A stretch of DNA of 64,000 nt from a virus. A program made the translations under genes and the position numbers. Where the stretch lies: IMG/VR virus record IMGVR_UViG_3300021141_000706. One strand, 5' to 3'. This document shows, in pieces, positions 48,405-58,404 of the stretch. Position 1 is the first letter of the stretch; each line of letters opens with the position of its first letter. The notes beneath the pieces are model-generated. The model saw only the letters and a list, made by a program, of their open reading frames with translations, made no database searches and was not told where the DNA came from.

Positions 48405-50249
48405 TTACTTTAGCAACTCTGTTTTTCTTAGGTCAGAGTTTTTACCAAACCATATATCTAAAGAATTAGCTGACATATCATCTTTTGAGATTAAAGTCAT
48501 TTTAGGACTATTGATAATATCTTGATACTCATCATCAACAAGTGCGGCTAAACCTTTCTTATACTTAATCTCATAGTTCTTCAAGTCGTTCTTAGCGGCC
48601 CAATCATTATATTCTGTTTGAGTATAGAAAAGAACTTTCTTTTTAGTTTTAGCTTTTGGAACAGCAACTACGATAGGAGTTTCAACTTTATAAATCATTC
48701 GTCTCTCAAACATATCAGGCCAGTACTTGTAGAAAAAGTTTAGAAGCAATCCAGCGATTGAATTTCCATCAACATCAGCATCTACATAGAAAAGTATTCT
48801 ACCATATCTTAAATCTTTTAATTCAATTCTTTGTCCTAATTTCAAACCAATAGCCGCCATTAAATTAACAACTTCTGTATTTTGAACTAATTTTTGATTA
48901 GTCATTTCAGATACATTTACAAACTTGCCTTTAAGAGCAAAGGCTCCCATTGTTTGTGGATCTCTATACTTTCTGAAAGCAGAGATAGCAGAATCACCTT
49001 CAAATAAACCAATTGAGTACTTCCATCTGTCTTTACCTTTAGCATCAATAAGCTTCTCAACTTTAATCTTGTCAAGTTTCTTATTTAAGTCTCTTTGTAA
49101 TTTAGATTCTTCAGCACTTTTCTTTTGTTGAATCCAATCTAAGATAGAATTAACTATTTCAGATTTAATAATTGATTGAATTAATTTATTAGTGACTTCA
49201 AAAGTAGAACCAAAGTCTTTAATCTCAGTGATAAGTTTCTCTTTAGTTTGAGAAGAGAATGATGGATTAATTACAGTAGAATCTAGGAATAGAAACATAT
49301 GATTCCTTAATTCACCAGGTCTTACATCTACTTTATGTTTCTTCATAAAGAACTCTCTTAACTGAGCAATGATTTGATTCATCACATAATCAACGTGAGT
49401 ACCACCATCATAAGTATCGGTAGAGTTGGCGAAACTGACTTGTTGGAATCCATTGTTAGAAAGAGCTATACCTAAAGACCAAGTTTTATCTTTCTTAGCT
49501 TCGTAGAAGAAGTCTTTAGTATAATACTTAATGTAATCTTCAAATGTTTTGATATTGACTAACTTACCGTTAAAATAAACTTTAAGATTGGTATTACAAG
49601 CCGCAATATCATAAACTCTTTTCTCAAGCATCTTAAAGTGGTCATCATCGATTCCAGTTATGGCAAACTTTTCGAAATCAATTAGGTAATTGATTTCAGT
49701 GAATCCTTTTGTAGATTTCTTAACTTTAGCCGCGGTTCTTTTTCTCATATTATTAGAGAAAGTTTGTGTAAAGTGATTCACTCCGTCGCAAGTAGTTACT
49801 GTAAATTCTTTTGAGTAAATGTTAGTAAGTGTAGAACCCACACCGTTTGTACCAGCACCAGTTCTTTGTTCTTCATCATTGAAGTTAGAACCTGCTTTAA
49901 GATTCGAGAATATCATCTCAGGAATCCACTCTTTATGTTGTGTGTGTTTAACTACAGGAATACCACCATTGTCCCAGATGTTTATGTAGTTTGTTGTTCT
50001 ATCAATATTTACTTTAACAGTATTTAATTTAGAACCTGCTCTTTTGCTTTCATCTACAGAGTTGGTAACAATCTCATCAAAAATTTTAAGTAAACCTGGA
50101 TTATAGGTTACTTCTTTTTGAATCATTTTATCATCTTCAACTATCCATTTAGTAGCTTTGTGAGGTTTAATAGAACCGATATACATACCAGGTCTTAATA
50201 TAACGTGGTCAATATCATCTAACTTTTTGAACTTCTTATCTACTGACAT
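48405..50249 (-). CDS. DNA topoisomerase II large subunit (gp39+gp60, GyrB-like)
   Basis: RPGMYIGS, EIVTNSVDE, GTNGVG, EGDSA, LKGKF, DADVDG, YKKGL. Confidence 0.95.
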   Translation of the reverse strand: MSVDKKFKKLDDIDHVILRPGMYIGSIKPHKATKWIVEDDKMIQKEVTYNPGLLKIFDEIVTNSVDESKRAGSKLNTVKVNIDRTTNYINIWDNGGIPVVKHTQHKEWIPEMIFSNLKAGSNFNDEEQRTGAGTNGVGSTLTNIYSKEFTVTTCDGVNHFTQTFSNNMRKRTAAKVKKSTKGFTEINYLIDFEKFAITGIDDDHFKMLEKRVYDIAACNTNLKVYFNGKLVNIKTFEDYIKYYTKDFFYEAKKDKTWSLGIALSNNGFQQVSFANSTDTYDGGTHVDYVMNQIIAQLREFFMKKHKVDVRPGELRNHMFLFLDSTVINPSFSSQTKEKLITEIKDFGSTFEVTNKLIQSIIKSEIVNSILDWIQQKKSAEESKLQRDLNKKLDKIKVEKLIDAKGKDRWKYSIGLFEGDSAISAFRKYRDPQTMGAFALKGKFVNVSEMTNQKLVQNTEVVNLMAAIGLKLGQRIELKDLRYGRILFYVDADVDGNSIAGLLLNFFYKYWPDMFERRMIYKVETPIVVAVPKAKTKKKVLFYTQTEYNDWAAKNDLKNYEIKYKKGLAALVDDEYQDIINSPKMTLISKDDMSANSLDIWFGKNSDLRKTELLK

Positions 50250-50306
50250 TTTACTTAACTTAGAATTTTAAGTATATATGGTAAATAATTTCTTTTGTTT
50301 AGGAAT

Positions 50307-50972
50307 TTAATCTTTTAGAGGAATTTCGGGATTAACTTCAAAGTTTCTATTTAAATAATCTTTTAGTTCATTTTCAATATAGTGTTGAGGAACTTCCATA
50401 TTAGAATCCATATTAGCCATCTTCTCAGATAACTCTAATGAAAACTTTTGTAGAACTTCTGGTTTAATTGCTTCTACTAATCTATCGGATACAACGAATG
50501 CTCTTGTGAATCTATCTTTTTCGGTAGTTAAATCACCTTCAGCGATTCTCATTGTTGCGTCAATAACTTTCTTTAAGAAGTCTGGATAATCGTGTCCTGG
50601 ATCTGCTAAGATAGGAGCAACAACTTTATTAAATGCTCTTGATGTACCTAAAACATAACCAAAAATTGCTAATATTGGAAAGAAAGGTGCTAATAACATT
50701 GGAACAATTCTGTGTACGGCTTTAATAATACCTACTTTAAGTTCAGTTCCTTTTTTAGCGGCTCTAGCATCTTTGAATAAGGCATTTAACATACCAAATG
50801 TAAATACTTTACCATTTTCTTCTAAGTATTTTGCTAAATGACCTCTATGAGCGTGATATAAATATGTGTTGATTTCTTTTTCATCAGTTACACCTAATTT
50901 TATAAGTTCAGCCTTGATATTACTATCAAACTTCTCTAAAATCAAAAAATCGTCATATTTTTTAAGTCTCAT
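50307..50972 (-). CDS. Putative head-internal protein
   Basis: Start revised to MRLKKYDDFLILE; late motif at 50977. Confidence 0.6.
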   Translation of the reverse strand: MRLKKYDDFLILEKFDSNIKAELIKLGVTDEKEINTYLYHAHRGHLAKYLEENGKVFTFGMLNALFKDARAAKKGTELKVGIIKAVHRIVPMLLAPFFPILAIFGYVLGTSRAFNKVVAPILADPGHDYPDFLKKVIDATMRIAEGDLTTEKDRFTRAFVVSDRLVEAIKPEVLQKFSLELSEKMANMDSNMEVPQHYIENELKDYLNRNFEVNPEIPLKD

Positions 50973-51085
50973 AATGTATATATTATTTTTACTTAGCATA
51001 AAAATAACATTGAAAAAATCAGTGTAATTTTTAAGAATTAAAGAACTTTATTAAAAATGACTTTTATACATGAATAGATATATTG

Positions 51086-52021
51086 ATGAAAATTTTATAC
51101 GGAATACAACTTAATGGAAACGGACATATAACAAGATCTTTAGAATTGATAAATCAACTAAAGGTAAAAGGTTATGAGGTTGATGTTATTGCCTCTGGTG
51201 GTAATTACAGTATAGAATTACCAGATTACATTAAGAAGTTCAAAGGTTTATCAATGTATTTTAACAAGTCTGGTAGAATCAATAAACTTAAAACAACATT
51301 ATCATTAAATTTATTTAAATTAATAAAAGATATAAATTATGATTGTAGTGGATATGATTTAGTTATCTCTGACTTTGAACCTATAAGTGCTTACTCTGCT
51401 AAAAAGTACAAGGTAAGATCAATAGGTATTTCAAATCAAGTTTCAATTACAAAATCAAGTTTTTTAGAATCTCTTTTTATTAAATACTTTGCTCCTTGTG
51501 ATTATTATATACCTTTAGATTATACAAATGGTTATCAGCCTATTATATCTGAGAAGTTCTTGAATGGTAAAGTATCTGATGAAGATTTCTATTTAGTTTA
51601 CTTAGCCGCTTACAGTTTGGAACATATTAAGAATGAACTTAAATACTCAGATAAAAAATTCAAAGTTTATAGTAGTGATGTTATTGTAGATTACGTTTAT
51701 AACAATATAGAATTCAAAAAATCAAATAAAGATTCATTTCAGTCTGACTTACTTAGATGTTCTGGAGTTATAACTGCTTCTGGATTCTCAACAACATCTG
51801 AGGCTCTTGTTTTAGGTAAAAGACTATGGTCAATTCCAATAAAAGGTCAGTTTGAACAAATTGATAATGCTACAAAGTTAAATAAGTTAGGTATCTATAC
51901 AGATGACTTAACTTCTGAAAATTTAGAAAATTGGTTAAATAATTATACTAAAATAGATTATGAATGGATTAATCCAATTGAAAGTATAGTTACTAAAATA
52001 AAAGAGATATATGAAAGTTAA
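51086..52021 (+). CDS. GT-B glycosyltransferase (MJ1255/VC2487-like)
   Basis: GNGHITRS, ISDFEP, ASGFSTTSEAL..GK, GQFEQ..NA. Confidence 0.85.
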   Translation: MKILYGIQLNGNGHITRSLELINQLKVKGYEVDVIASGGNYSIELPDYIKKFKGLSMYFNKSGRINKLKTTLSLNLFKLIKDINYDCSGYDLVISDFEPISAYSAKKYKVRSIGISNQVSITKSSFLESLFIKYFAPCDYYIPLDYTNGYQPIISEKFLNGKVSDEDFYLVYLAAYSLEHIKNELKYSDKKFKVYSSDVIVDYVYNNIEFKKSNKDSFQSDLLRCSGVITASGFSTTSEALVLGKRLWSIPIKGQFEQIDNATKLNKLGIYTDDLTSENLENWLNNYTKIDYEWINPIESIVTKIKEIYES

Positions 52022-52745
52022 AACATTATTTGTATCTGATATACATTTAGGTAACCACAAATCACAACCAGAAAAACTACTTGAAGTTTTGAGAGACTAC
52101 GAGTATGAAAATTTAGTAATTGTTGGAGACTTTATTGATTTAACATCATTAAAAAAGAAATTCTATTGGAGTGCTAATCATTCAACAGTTATTCAAAAAG
52201 TTTTAAGAGCATCCAGAAAAGGAGTTAATGTTACTTACATATTAGGCAATCATGATTTCTATTTAAGAGGTTTAATAAAAGATGAGAATATAAATATTGG
52301 TGATATAACTATTTGTGATGAGATGTATTATGAAACATCTAAAGGTGAGAAAATATACATTTGTCACGGTGACCAGTTTGATGGTTTTATCAGATTACAT
52401 CCTTTTTTATATGTCTTAGGTGACTGGGCTTACGAATTTAGTTTTAAGATTAACAAAGCTTATAACTGGTTAAGAAAAATTGTAGGTTTAGAATACTGGT
52501 CTTTATCTCAATATCTCAAATATAAAGTTAAGAATGCTATAACATTTATTAATGACTTCAAAATTTTATCACTTAGAAAATTAGATGAGGTTGATTGTGA
52601 TTCAATTATGATTGGACATATTCACACACCAGCAATTGAAAAAATAGGAGAAAAAACCTACTACAACACAGGTGATTTCTGTGAGACCTGTTCATTTTTA
52701 TATGAAGATTTAGATGGTGAGATTAAGTTAGTCGTGATCGGATAA
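52011..52745 (+). CDS. UDP-2,3-diacylglucosamine hydrolase (LpxH)-like metallophosphoesterase
   Basis: SDIHLG, VGDFID, GNHD, HGDQFD, GHIH, NTGDF. Confidence 0.85.
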   Translation: MKVKTLFVSDIHLGNHKSQPEKLLEVLRDYEYENLVIVGDFIDLTSLKKKFYWSANHSTVIQKVLRASRKGVNVTYILGNHDFYLRGLIKDENINIGDITICDEMYYETSKGEKIYICHGDQFDGFIRLHPFLYVLGDWAYEFSFKINKAYNWLRKIVGLEYWSLSQYLKYKVKNAITFINDFKILSLRKLDEVDCDSIMIGHIHTPAIEKIGEKTYYNTGDFCETCSFLYEDLDGEIKLVVIG

Positions 52746-52782
52746 TCTAAAACAAACAAACATTTTTATCATATATAAACGT

Positions 52783-54126
52783 ATGATGACAGAAAAAACA
52801 ATATCTGATTTCTTAGCCAATGAGTATAAGGAGTTCGCAATGTATTCAATTGAAGGTAGAGCTATCCCTTCTGTTATTGATGGTTTCAAACCAACTCAAC
52901 GAAAAATTATTCACGTTTCAAACGATATCTGGAAGAATGGTAGTGAAAAAGCACTTAAAGTATTTCAACTAGCCGGTAAAGTAGCATCTGATGCTTTCTA
53001 CCATCACGGTAATGCTTCTTTAGAGAATGCTATTATCACAATGGCTCAACGATTTAAGAACAATGCGGCTTTATTAGAAGAAGATGGTCAGTTTGGATCA
53101 TTACGTTCACCTCAAGCTGGTGCGCCTCGTTATATCGGTACTAAACTATCTGAAAACTTTAGATTGATTTATAAAGACTTTGAACTTCTTGAATACAAAG
53201 AAGAAGAGGGTGAATCAATTGAACCAAGATTTTTCTTACCAATTGTACCAACCGTATTATTAAATGGCTCATCTGGTATTGCTGTAGGATTTGCTTCTAA
53301 TGTTCTTAATAGAGATATTAAAAGTATCATTGATGCTTGTGTTAAAGTACTTGCTGATAAGAATCCTGGTGAAGTTAAACCATCTCTAAATGGATTCACT
53401 GGTGAGTTTGTTCAAGATTCTGAGAATAATAAAAGATGGATGATTAGAGGTAAGTTTGATAGAGCAAATACTTCTACTGTTAAGATTAGTGAACTTCCTC
53501 CTTCAATGACTTATGAAAAATATGAAGAAATATTAGATAAGTTAGTTGATGATAAATTAATTGTTTCTTATGATGACAACTGTAAAGATAATATTGATTA
53601 CACTATTAAATTTACAAGAGCTGATTTAGATAAGTTAGATGATGAGAAGTTAGTTAAGTTACTAAAGTTAGAAGAATCATCTACAGAAATCTTCTCAACA
53701 TTAGATGAGTTTGGTAAGTTAATGATATTTGAAAATACAAGTGACATCATTAAATACTTTGTTAACTTCAGGTTAAAATATTATCACAAAAGAAAACAAT
53801 TCTTATTAGATAAAATGAACAGAGAGTTGAAAATACTTTCTAATCGTGGTCGATTTATTAAAGCCATTATTGATGGTAAGTTAAAAGTAAACAATGTTGC
53901 TAAAGCCCTCATCATTGAAGGCATTGAAGCAATGGGTTTGGATAAGATTGATGATTCATATGATTACTTATTGAGAATGCCTATCTACTCTTTGACTAAA
54001 GAGATGTATGAAAAGATTAAAGAGGATTTTACTACTAAGAAAGAAGAAATTAAAATCTTAGAAGCAACTGATCCTAAAGATATGTACTTATTAGATTTAA
54101 CTGAATTGAAAAAGAAATTCAAATAA
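52783..54126 (+). CDS. DNA topoisomerase II medium subunit (gp52, GyrA-like)
   Basis: DGFKPTQRK, YHHG, APRY catalytic Tyr, NGSSGIAVGF. Confidence 0.95.
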   Translation: MMTEKTISDFLANEYKEFAMYSIEGRAIPSVIDGFKPTQRKIIHVSNDIWKNGSEKALKVFQLAGKVASDAFYHHGNASLENAIITMAQRFKNNAALLEEDGQFGSLRSPQAGAPRYIGTKLSENFRLIYKDFELLEYKEEEGESIEPRFFLPIVPTVLLNGSSGIAVGFASNVLNRDIKSIIDACVKVLADKNPGEVKPSLNGFTGEFVQDSENNKRWMIRGKFDRANTSTVKISELPPSMTYEKYEEILDKLVDDKLIVSYDDNCKDNIDYTIKFTRADLDKLDDEKLVKLLKLEESSTEIFSTLDEFGKLMIFENTSDIIKYFVNFRLKYYHKRKQFLLDKMNRELKILSNRGRFIKAIIDGKLKVNNVAKALIIEGIEAMGLDKIDDSYDYLLRMPIYSLTKEMYEKIKEDFTTKKEEIKILEATDPKDMYLLDLTELKKKFK

Positions 54127-54140
54127 ATTGAATATCTAAG

Positions 54141-54494
54141 ATGAATCAAAGATCAATTAATCTTTCACCCTGGAAAGAAATTTCTATATCAACTGAAGTA
54201 CAACATCATACTTTAATTGATATAGCAACCATTATCATAAGTGATGATGAAGACTATTATATAATTGAGGATGATATTGAAAAAGTAATGGATGTTAGTC
54301 AAATGCCTCATTATATAAAAGAAGATTGGATTAACTACAATAAGAAAGAACTTAACCAAAAAGTTATAGATAAACACATCGCAGTTTATACCGATAAGTC
54401 TGAAATGATATATCCACCTGACAGAGAAGTTGAAGAAATAATTTCTACACTAAAATCAATAAAAAGACATTTAATTATTAAAAAGATAATTTAA
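54141..54494 (+). CDS. Hypothetical protein with degenerate C-terminal tag
   Basis: Ends IKRHLIIKKII. Confidence 0.55.
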   Translation: MNQRSINLSPWKEISISTEVQHHTLIDIATIIISDDEDYYIIEDDIEKVMDVSQMPHYIKEDWINYNKKELNQKVIDKHIAVYTDKSEMIYPPDREVEEIISTLKSIKRHLIIKKII

Positions 54495-54512
54495 TTTTTG
54501 TATATTTGCTAA

Positions 54513-54683
54513 ATGAAGCATTTAAGACCAAGAAAAGAAGATCCATTTAAAGATTTTGCGCCAGTGATGACAAAAGATTGTCAAGGTGTCTGTGATCGTC
54601 AAGTTGTAATGACTAAGGAAGGACCAGTTATTGTTTGTAATGGTTGTATGAGAATTGTAATGGATAATAGAGATAAAAAATGA
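54513..54683 (+). CDS. Small zinc-ribbon-like protein (56 aa, not in ORF track)
   Basis: MKHLRPRKEDPF...DCQGVCDRQ...VCNGCMRIVMDNRDKK; TATATTTG at 54501; ATGA overlap with rhomboid. Confidence 0.6.
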   Translation: MKHLRPRKEDPFKDFAPVMTKDCQGVCDRQVVMTKEGPVIVCNGCMRIVMDNRDKK

Positions 54684-55243
54684 TAAATTTAACACCAGTT
54701 GTAAAGCAGTTATTAAAGATTAATGTTATAGCTTTTATTATATCATATCTTTTATTTGAAATGGGATTACCTTTTGTTAGTCAATTTCTATTATATCCAA
54801 TTCAATCTGAAGAATTTCACATCTACCAGCTTGTGAGTTATATGTTTTTACATAGCTCACTCATGCATATTATATTCAATATGCTAGGTTTAATAACATT
54901 TGGACCAGATATAGAAGAAAGATTTGGTAGTAAAAAGTTTTTGAACTATTATTTAATAATGGGAATAGTATCTGGTTTATGTCATGCTTTATTTATAAGT
55001 AATCCAGTTTTAGGCGCATCAGGTGCTGTTTGGGGAGTTATGATGATATATGCTTTATCTAATCCAAATACAATTCTACATCTTTACTTTTTAATTCCGG
55101 TTAAAGTTAAATATATTGTTGGTGTGTTTTTTACCATAGAGTTATACTTAGCACTTATAGGTGGTAGTGATGGTGTGAGTCATATTGCTCATGTTGGAGG
55201 TGCTTTAACTGGTCTTTTAATTTATTTGCTCAATAGAAAGTAG
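54680..55243 (+). CDS. Rhomboid intramembrane serine protease
   Basis: MFLH..HIIFNM, GASG, AHVGG. Confidence 0.92.
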   Translation: MINLTPVVKQLLKINVIAFIISYLLFEMGLPFVSQFLLYPIQSEEFHIYQLVSYMFLHSSLMHIIFNMLGLITFGPDIEERFGSKKFLNYYLIMGIVSGLCHALFISNPVLGASGAVWGVMMIYALSNPNTILHLYFLIPVKVKYIVGVFFTIELYLALIGGSDGVSHIAHVGGALTGLLIYLLNRK

Positions 55244-55406
55244 CCTTTGCTCATCCATTGTAAATAAATTATAACTTTAGATAAATCTTTATTTATAACT
55301 TGATATATATATATATTATATGTTATCTGGGCTAATATTCTAACATAATTTTTGTTAGTCACCCAATTTGAGATAACTTTTGTTTTGAAAAATTTTATTT
55401 TATTTT

Positions 55407-57617
55407 ATGAGAAAATTGCTAACTATGTTATTTTCTGTGATTAGTTTATTTGCTATTTCACAGAACTGTCCTGAATTAGGACCAAATCAGATTTTACCTT
55501 GTGGTGTAAATACTGCTATATTGACTGCTAACCTAACCGCTTGTGGTGCTGGTACAAATCCAAATCAAACAACTAACTATTCTGTTGCTTCTATTCCTTA
55601 TGTTGCTCAAACAAATACGGGAACTCAGTTATTTATGACTGATGATTCACAACAAGGACCTTTTAATATAGGTTTTAACTTTTGTTTCTTTGGTACAACA
55701 TACACTCAATTTTATATAGGTTCAAATGGTTGGATATCTTTCTCACCCGCACAACCAACAACATTTAGTTCTCAACTAATACCAACTATCAATCCTTTAG
55801 TTCCAAAGAACTGTATTATGGGTCCTTGGCAAGATTGGCATCCAGGTTTAGGAGGTCAAATTAGATATCAAACGTCTGGTGTTGCTCCTTGTAGAAAACT
55901 AACAGTTAGTTGGATTGGGGTTCCAATGTTCTCTTGTACAGGTAATCAAGGAACATTTCATATAGTTATTTATGAATCTAGTAATAATATTGAAAATCAT
56001 ATTCAAAATAAACCGGCTTGTTTAGGTTGGCAAGGTGGTACTGCTGTTGAAGGTATACATAACTTAGCGGGTACAATAGGAATTCCAGTACCTGGTAGAA
56101 ATTCAACTGCTTGGGTTGCTAATAATGATGCTTGGAAATGGACACCTAGTGGACCAGTAGTTACACCTGTATTAACTTGGTATCAAGTTGGTAATCCAGT
56201 TGCTATTGGAACAGGTCCTACTATAACTGTAAATCCATTAGTACCAACACAATATACTTGTCATTTTGTTTACCCTATTTGTAATGCGGGTTGGACTTCT
56301 TGTAATGCTGGTATTGCTGGACCTGGACCAGATACTGTTTTAGTTGTGCCAGGTCCACCTAACATTCTTCTTAATACTTCATTTACCGAACCACTTTGTT
56401 TTAATGATTGTAATGGGACAGCAACTGTTACTCCAATAACAGGAACACCACTATATAATTATTTATGGTCAAATGGTCAAACAACTCAAACTGCTACTAG
56501 TTTATGTGCTGGTGTTTATAGTGTAAATGTAACTGATATAAACGGATGTTCAGCAAATACCACTGTTAATATAACTCAACCAACACAATTGATTTTTGAT
56601 AGTTTAGTTTTATCTGATGTTACTTGCTCATTAAATGATGGACAAATTTTTATTTATCCAAATGGTGGAACACCAACATATGATTATTTTATAGATGGTT
56701 TAATATCAAATGACACAATTACTAATCTCGCTGGTGGTAACTATACAGTTTCTGTAACAGATAATAATGGTTGTACTATAGACTCAATCGTTTTTATTGA
56801 TTTTCCTACACCTATAAATATTTCAGTATCACCAGTTGATACAATTCTTTGTGTTCCAGGTACATTCAATTTTATAAATAACTCTACACCTGCTGTTAAT
56901 ATTGTTAGTTCAATAATAGATTATGGTGATGGATTTACTGATAATATATTATCAAATTCTAACTTTACACATACTTATAGTACAGTTGGTATTTGGGATG
57001 TTATAGTAACAACGGTTAATGATTATGGATGTACATACACACAAACATTTAACAATATAGTAGAAACCGTTTCATTGCCAGTTTCTCAGTTTATGGTTGG
57101 ACCAAACCCAACAACAATGTTTGAGACAACTGTTTCTACATTTGATTATTCAGGTCCTAATATTGTGGCTTGGAATTGGTCAGCACCAGGATCTTTAGAA
57201 CTAACTAGTGGTCTTTCTAATCCAAATTTCACATACCCTGAAGGAATTATAGGTCAGTATTTAATTACTCTAACAGTTCAAAATAGCTTAGGTTGTAGTG
57301 ATTCATCTTCTGTTGTTTTAATTGTTAATCCAGATGTATTAACTTATATACCTAATGCTTTCACTCCGGGTGGTGATGAATTCAATTCAACTTGGAAATT
57401 CTACTTATCAGGTGTTGATGAGCAAGATTTCACTATGTCTATATTCAATAGATGGGGTCAAATGATATGGGAATGTCATGATATAAATGGTGAGTGGGAT
57501 GGATCTTATAATGGGTATTATGTTCCAGATGGTTGTTATTTTTGGAAATCTCAGTTTACGGTTTTAAACTCTTCAGAGAAAAGAACTGTTATGGGTTATG
57601 TAACTATTATCAGATAA
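55407..57617 (+). CDS. Secreted protein with SprB-like repeats, PKD domains and T9SS type-B (gliding-motility) C-terminal domain
   Basis: Signal peptide; YLWSNG..VTD.NGC repeats; YIPNAFTPGGD, IFNRWG, WDG, GYVTIIR. Confidence 0.88.
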   Translation: MRKLLTMLFSVISLFAISQNCPELGPNQILPCGVNTAILTANLTACGAGTNPNQTTNYSVASIPYVAQTNTGTQLFMTDDSQQGPFNIGFNFCFFGTTYTQFYIGSNGWISFSPAQPTTFSSQLIPTINPLVPKNCIMGPWQDWHPGLGGQIRYQTSGVAPCRKLTVSWIGVPMFSCTGNQGTFHIVIYESSNNIENHIQNKPACLGWQGGTAVEGIHNLAGTIGIPVPGRNSTAWVANNDAWKWTPSGPVVTPVLTWYQVGNPVAIGTGPTITVNPLVPTQYTCHFVYPICNAGWTSCNAGIAGPGPDTVLVVPGPPNILLNTSFTEPLCFNDCNGTATVTPITGTPLYNYLWSNGQTTQTATSLCAGVYSVNVTDINGCSANTTVNITQPTQLIFDSLVLSDVTCSLNDGQIFIYPNGGTPTYDYFIDGLISNDTITNLAGGNYTVSVTDNNGCTIDSIVFIDFPTPINISVSPVDTILCVPGTFNFINNSTPAVNIVSSIIDYGDGFTDNILSNSNFTHTYSTVGIWDVIVTTVNDYGCTYTQTFNNIVETVSLPVSQFMVGPNPTTMFETTVSTFDYSGPNIVAWNWSAPGSLELTSGLSNPNFTYPEGIIGQYLITLTVQNSLGCSDSSSVVLIVNPDVLTYIPNAFTPGGDEFNSTWKFYLSGVDEQDFTMSIFNRWGQMIWECHDINGEWDGSYNGYYVPDGCYFWKSQFTVLNSSEKRTVMGYVTIIR

Positions 57618-57620
57618 TTC

Positions 57621-57651
57621 TTTGGTATTTATAATTTTTTTACTATCTTTG
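57621..57651 (+). promoter_or_regulatory. Bacteroidota sigma-A promoter TTTG-N19-TATCTTTG
   Basis: 4 nt before ATG 57656. Confidence 0.72.
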
Positions 57652-57655
57652 CTTT

Positions 57656-58018
57656 ATGAAGACTGAAAGTGTATTTAACATGATTGATAAAAAGATAATT
57701 GAACATCTTGTTGAAGGTCATGCTATACCTTTTATTCAGAAGGATCTTAATGATAAGATGAATAAATTCTGTGATAATATTAAACAAGCTGACAAGACAG
57801 TGGATCTTTTGAAGCTACTTATGATGGAAACAGAAATCATAACTCCTTCAAAGACTAAGTATCAAGTAATGTATATTAAAGTTTGTGCTCAAAGAGTTAA
57901 AGACTTAGATTGGTTGATAAAGAATAAATATAAGTTTCCTGGAAGATCTAATTCTCAAGTATTTAAGTTAATAAAATTAAAAGAAAAACTTTCAATAGAA
58001 AACGCTATTTCTTTCTAA
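57656..58018 (+). CDS. Hypothetical early protein
   Basis: 120-aa ORF. Confidence 0.6.
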   Translation: MKTESVFNMIDKKIIEHLVEGHAIPFIQKDLNDKMNKFCDNIKQADKTVDLLKLLMMETEIITPSKTKYQVMYIKVCAQRVKDLDWLIKNKYKFPGRSNSQVFKLIKLKEKLSIENAISF

Positions 58019-58022
58019 TTTA

Positions 58023-58054
58023 TTTGGCAAATTAGGTAGTTTTGCTTATATTTG
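58023..58054 (+). promoter_or_regulatory. Bacteroidota sigma-A promoter TTTG-N20-TATATTTG
   Basis: 4 nt before ATG 58059. Confidence 0.72.
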
Positions 58055-58058
58055 TATT

Positions 58059-58292
58059 ATGAAAATCACTACAGAAAATAAAGCAATCCTTTGGTCAATT
58101 CTTGAAAAATATGACGGTATTTCAGAATATTCAAATTTCTGTGATGCTCTTTCTAGATTTATTCAAAATAAAGTAAATAATACTGATATTCTTGTTGTTT
58201 ATCAAAGTCTTTTGATTATAGATATGGTTGATAAGAAAAAAATTGACTCTACTATTGGTGATGAAATCGACGCTTGCTTGTTCTCTATCTAA
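58059..58292 (+). CDS. Hypothetical early protein
   Basis: 77-aa ORF. Confidence 0.55.
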   Translation: MKITTENKAILWSILEKYDGISEYSNFCDALSRFIQNKVNNTDILVVYQSLLIIDMVDKKKIDSTIGDEIDACLFSI

Positions 58293-58378
58293 AAATCATG
58301 TAACATCATGATGCCTATTCTTACTAATAATACTTGAATTTTTTGAAAAATCTTATACTGGATTTTTTATAGAAAAAG

Positions 58379-58404
58379 AAACCTCTCAAATTGAGAGGTT
58401 TTTT
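58379..58404. terminator. Bidirectional terminator
   Basis: AAACCTCTCAA-A-TTGAGAGGTTT. Confidence 0.75.

Noticed and set aside
54513-54683. MKHL start as a head-targeting leader
   Set aside because: Lacks the aromatic-x-E(S) part and follows an early-type promoter
55244-55406. (TA)n run upstream of the T9SS gene as origin or regulatory repeat
   Set aside because: Short and unremarkable in AT-rich DNA; no iterons
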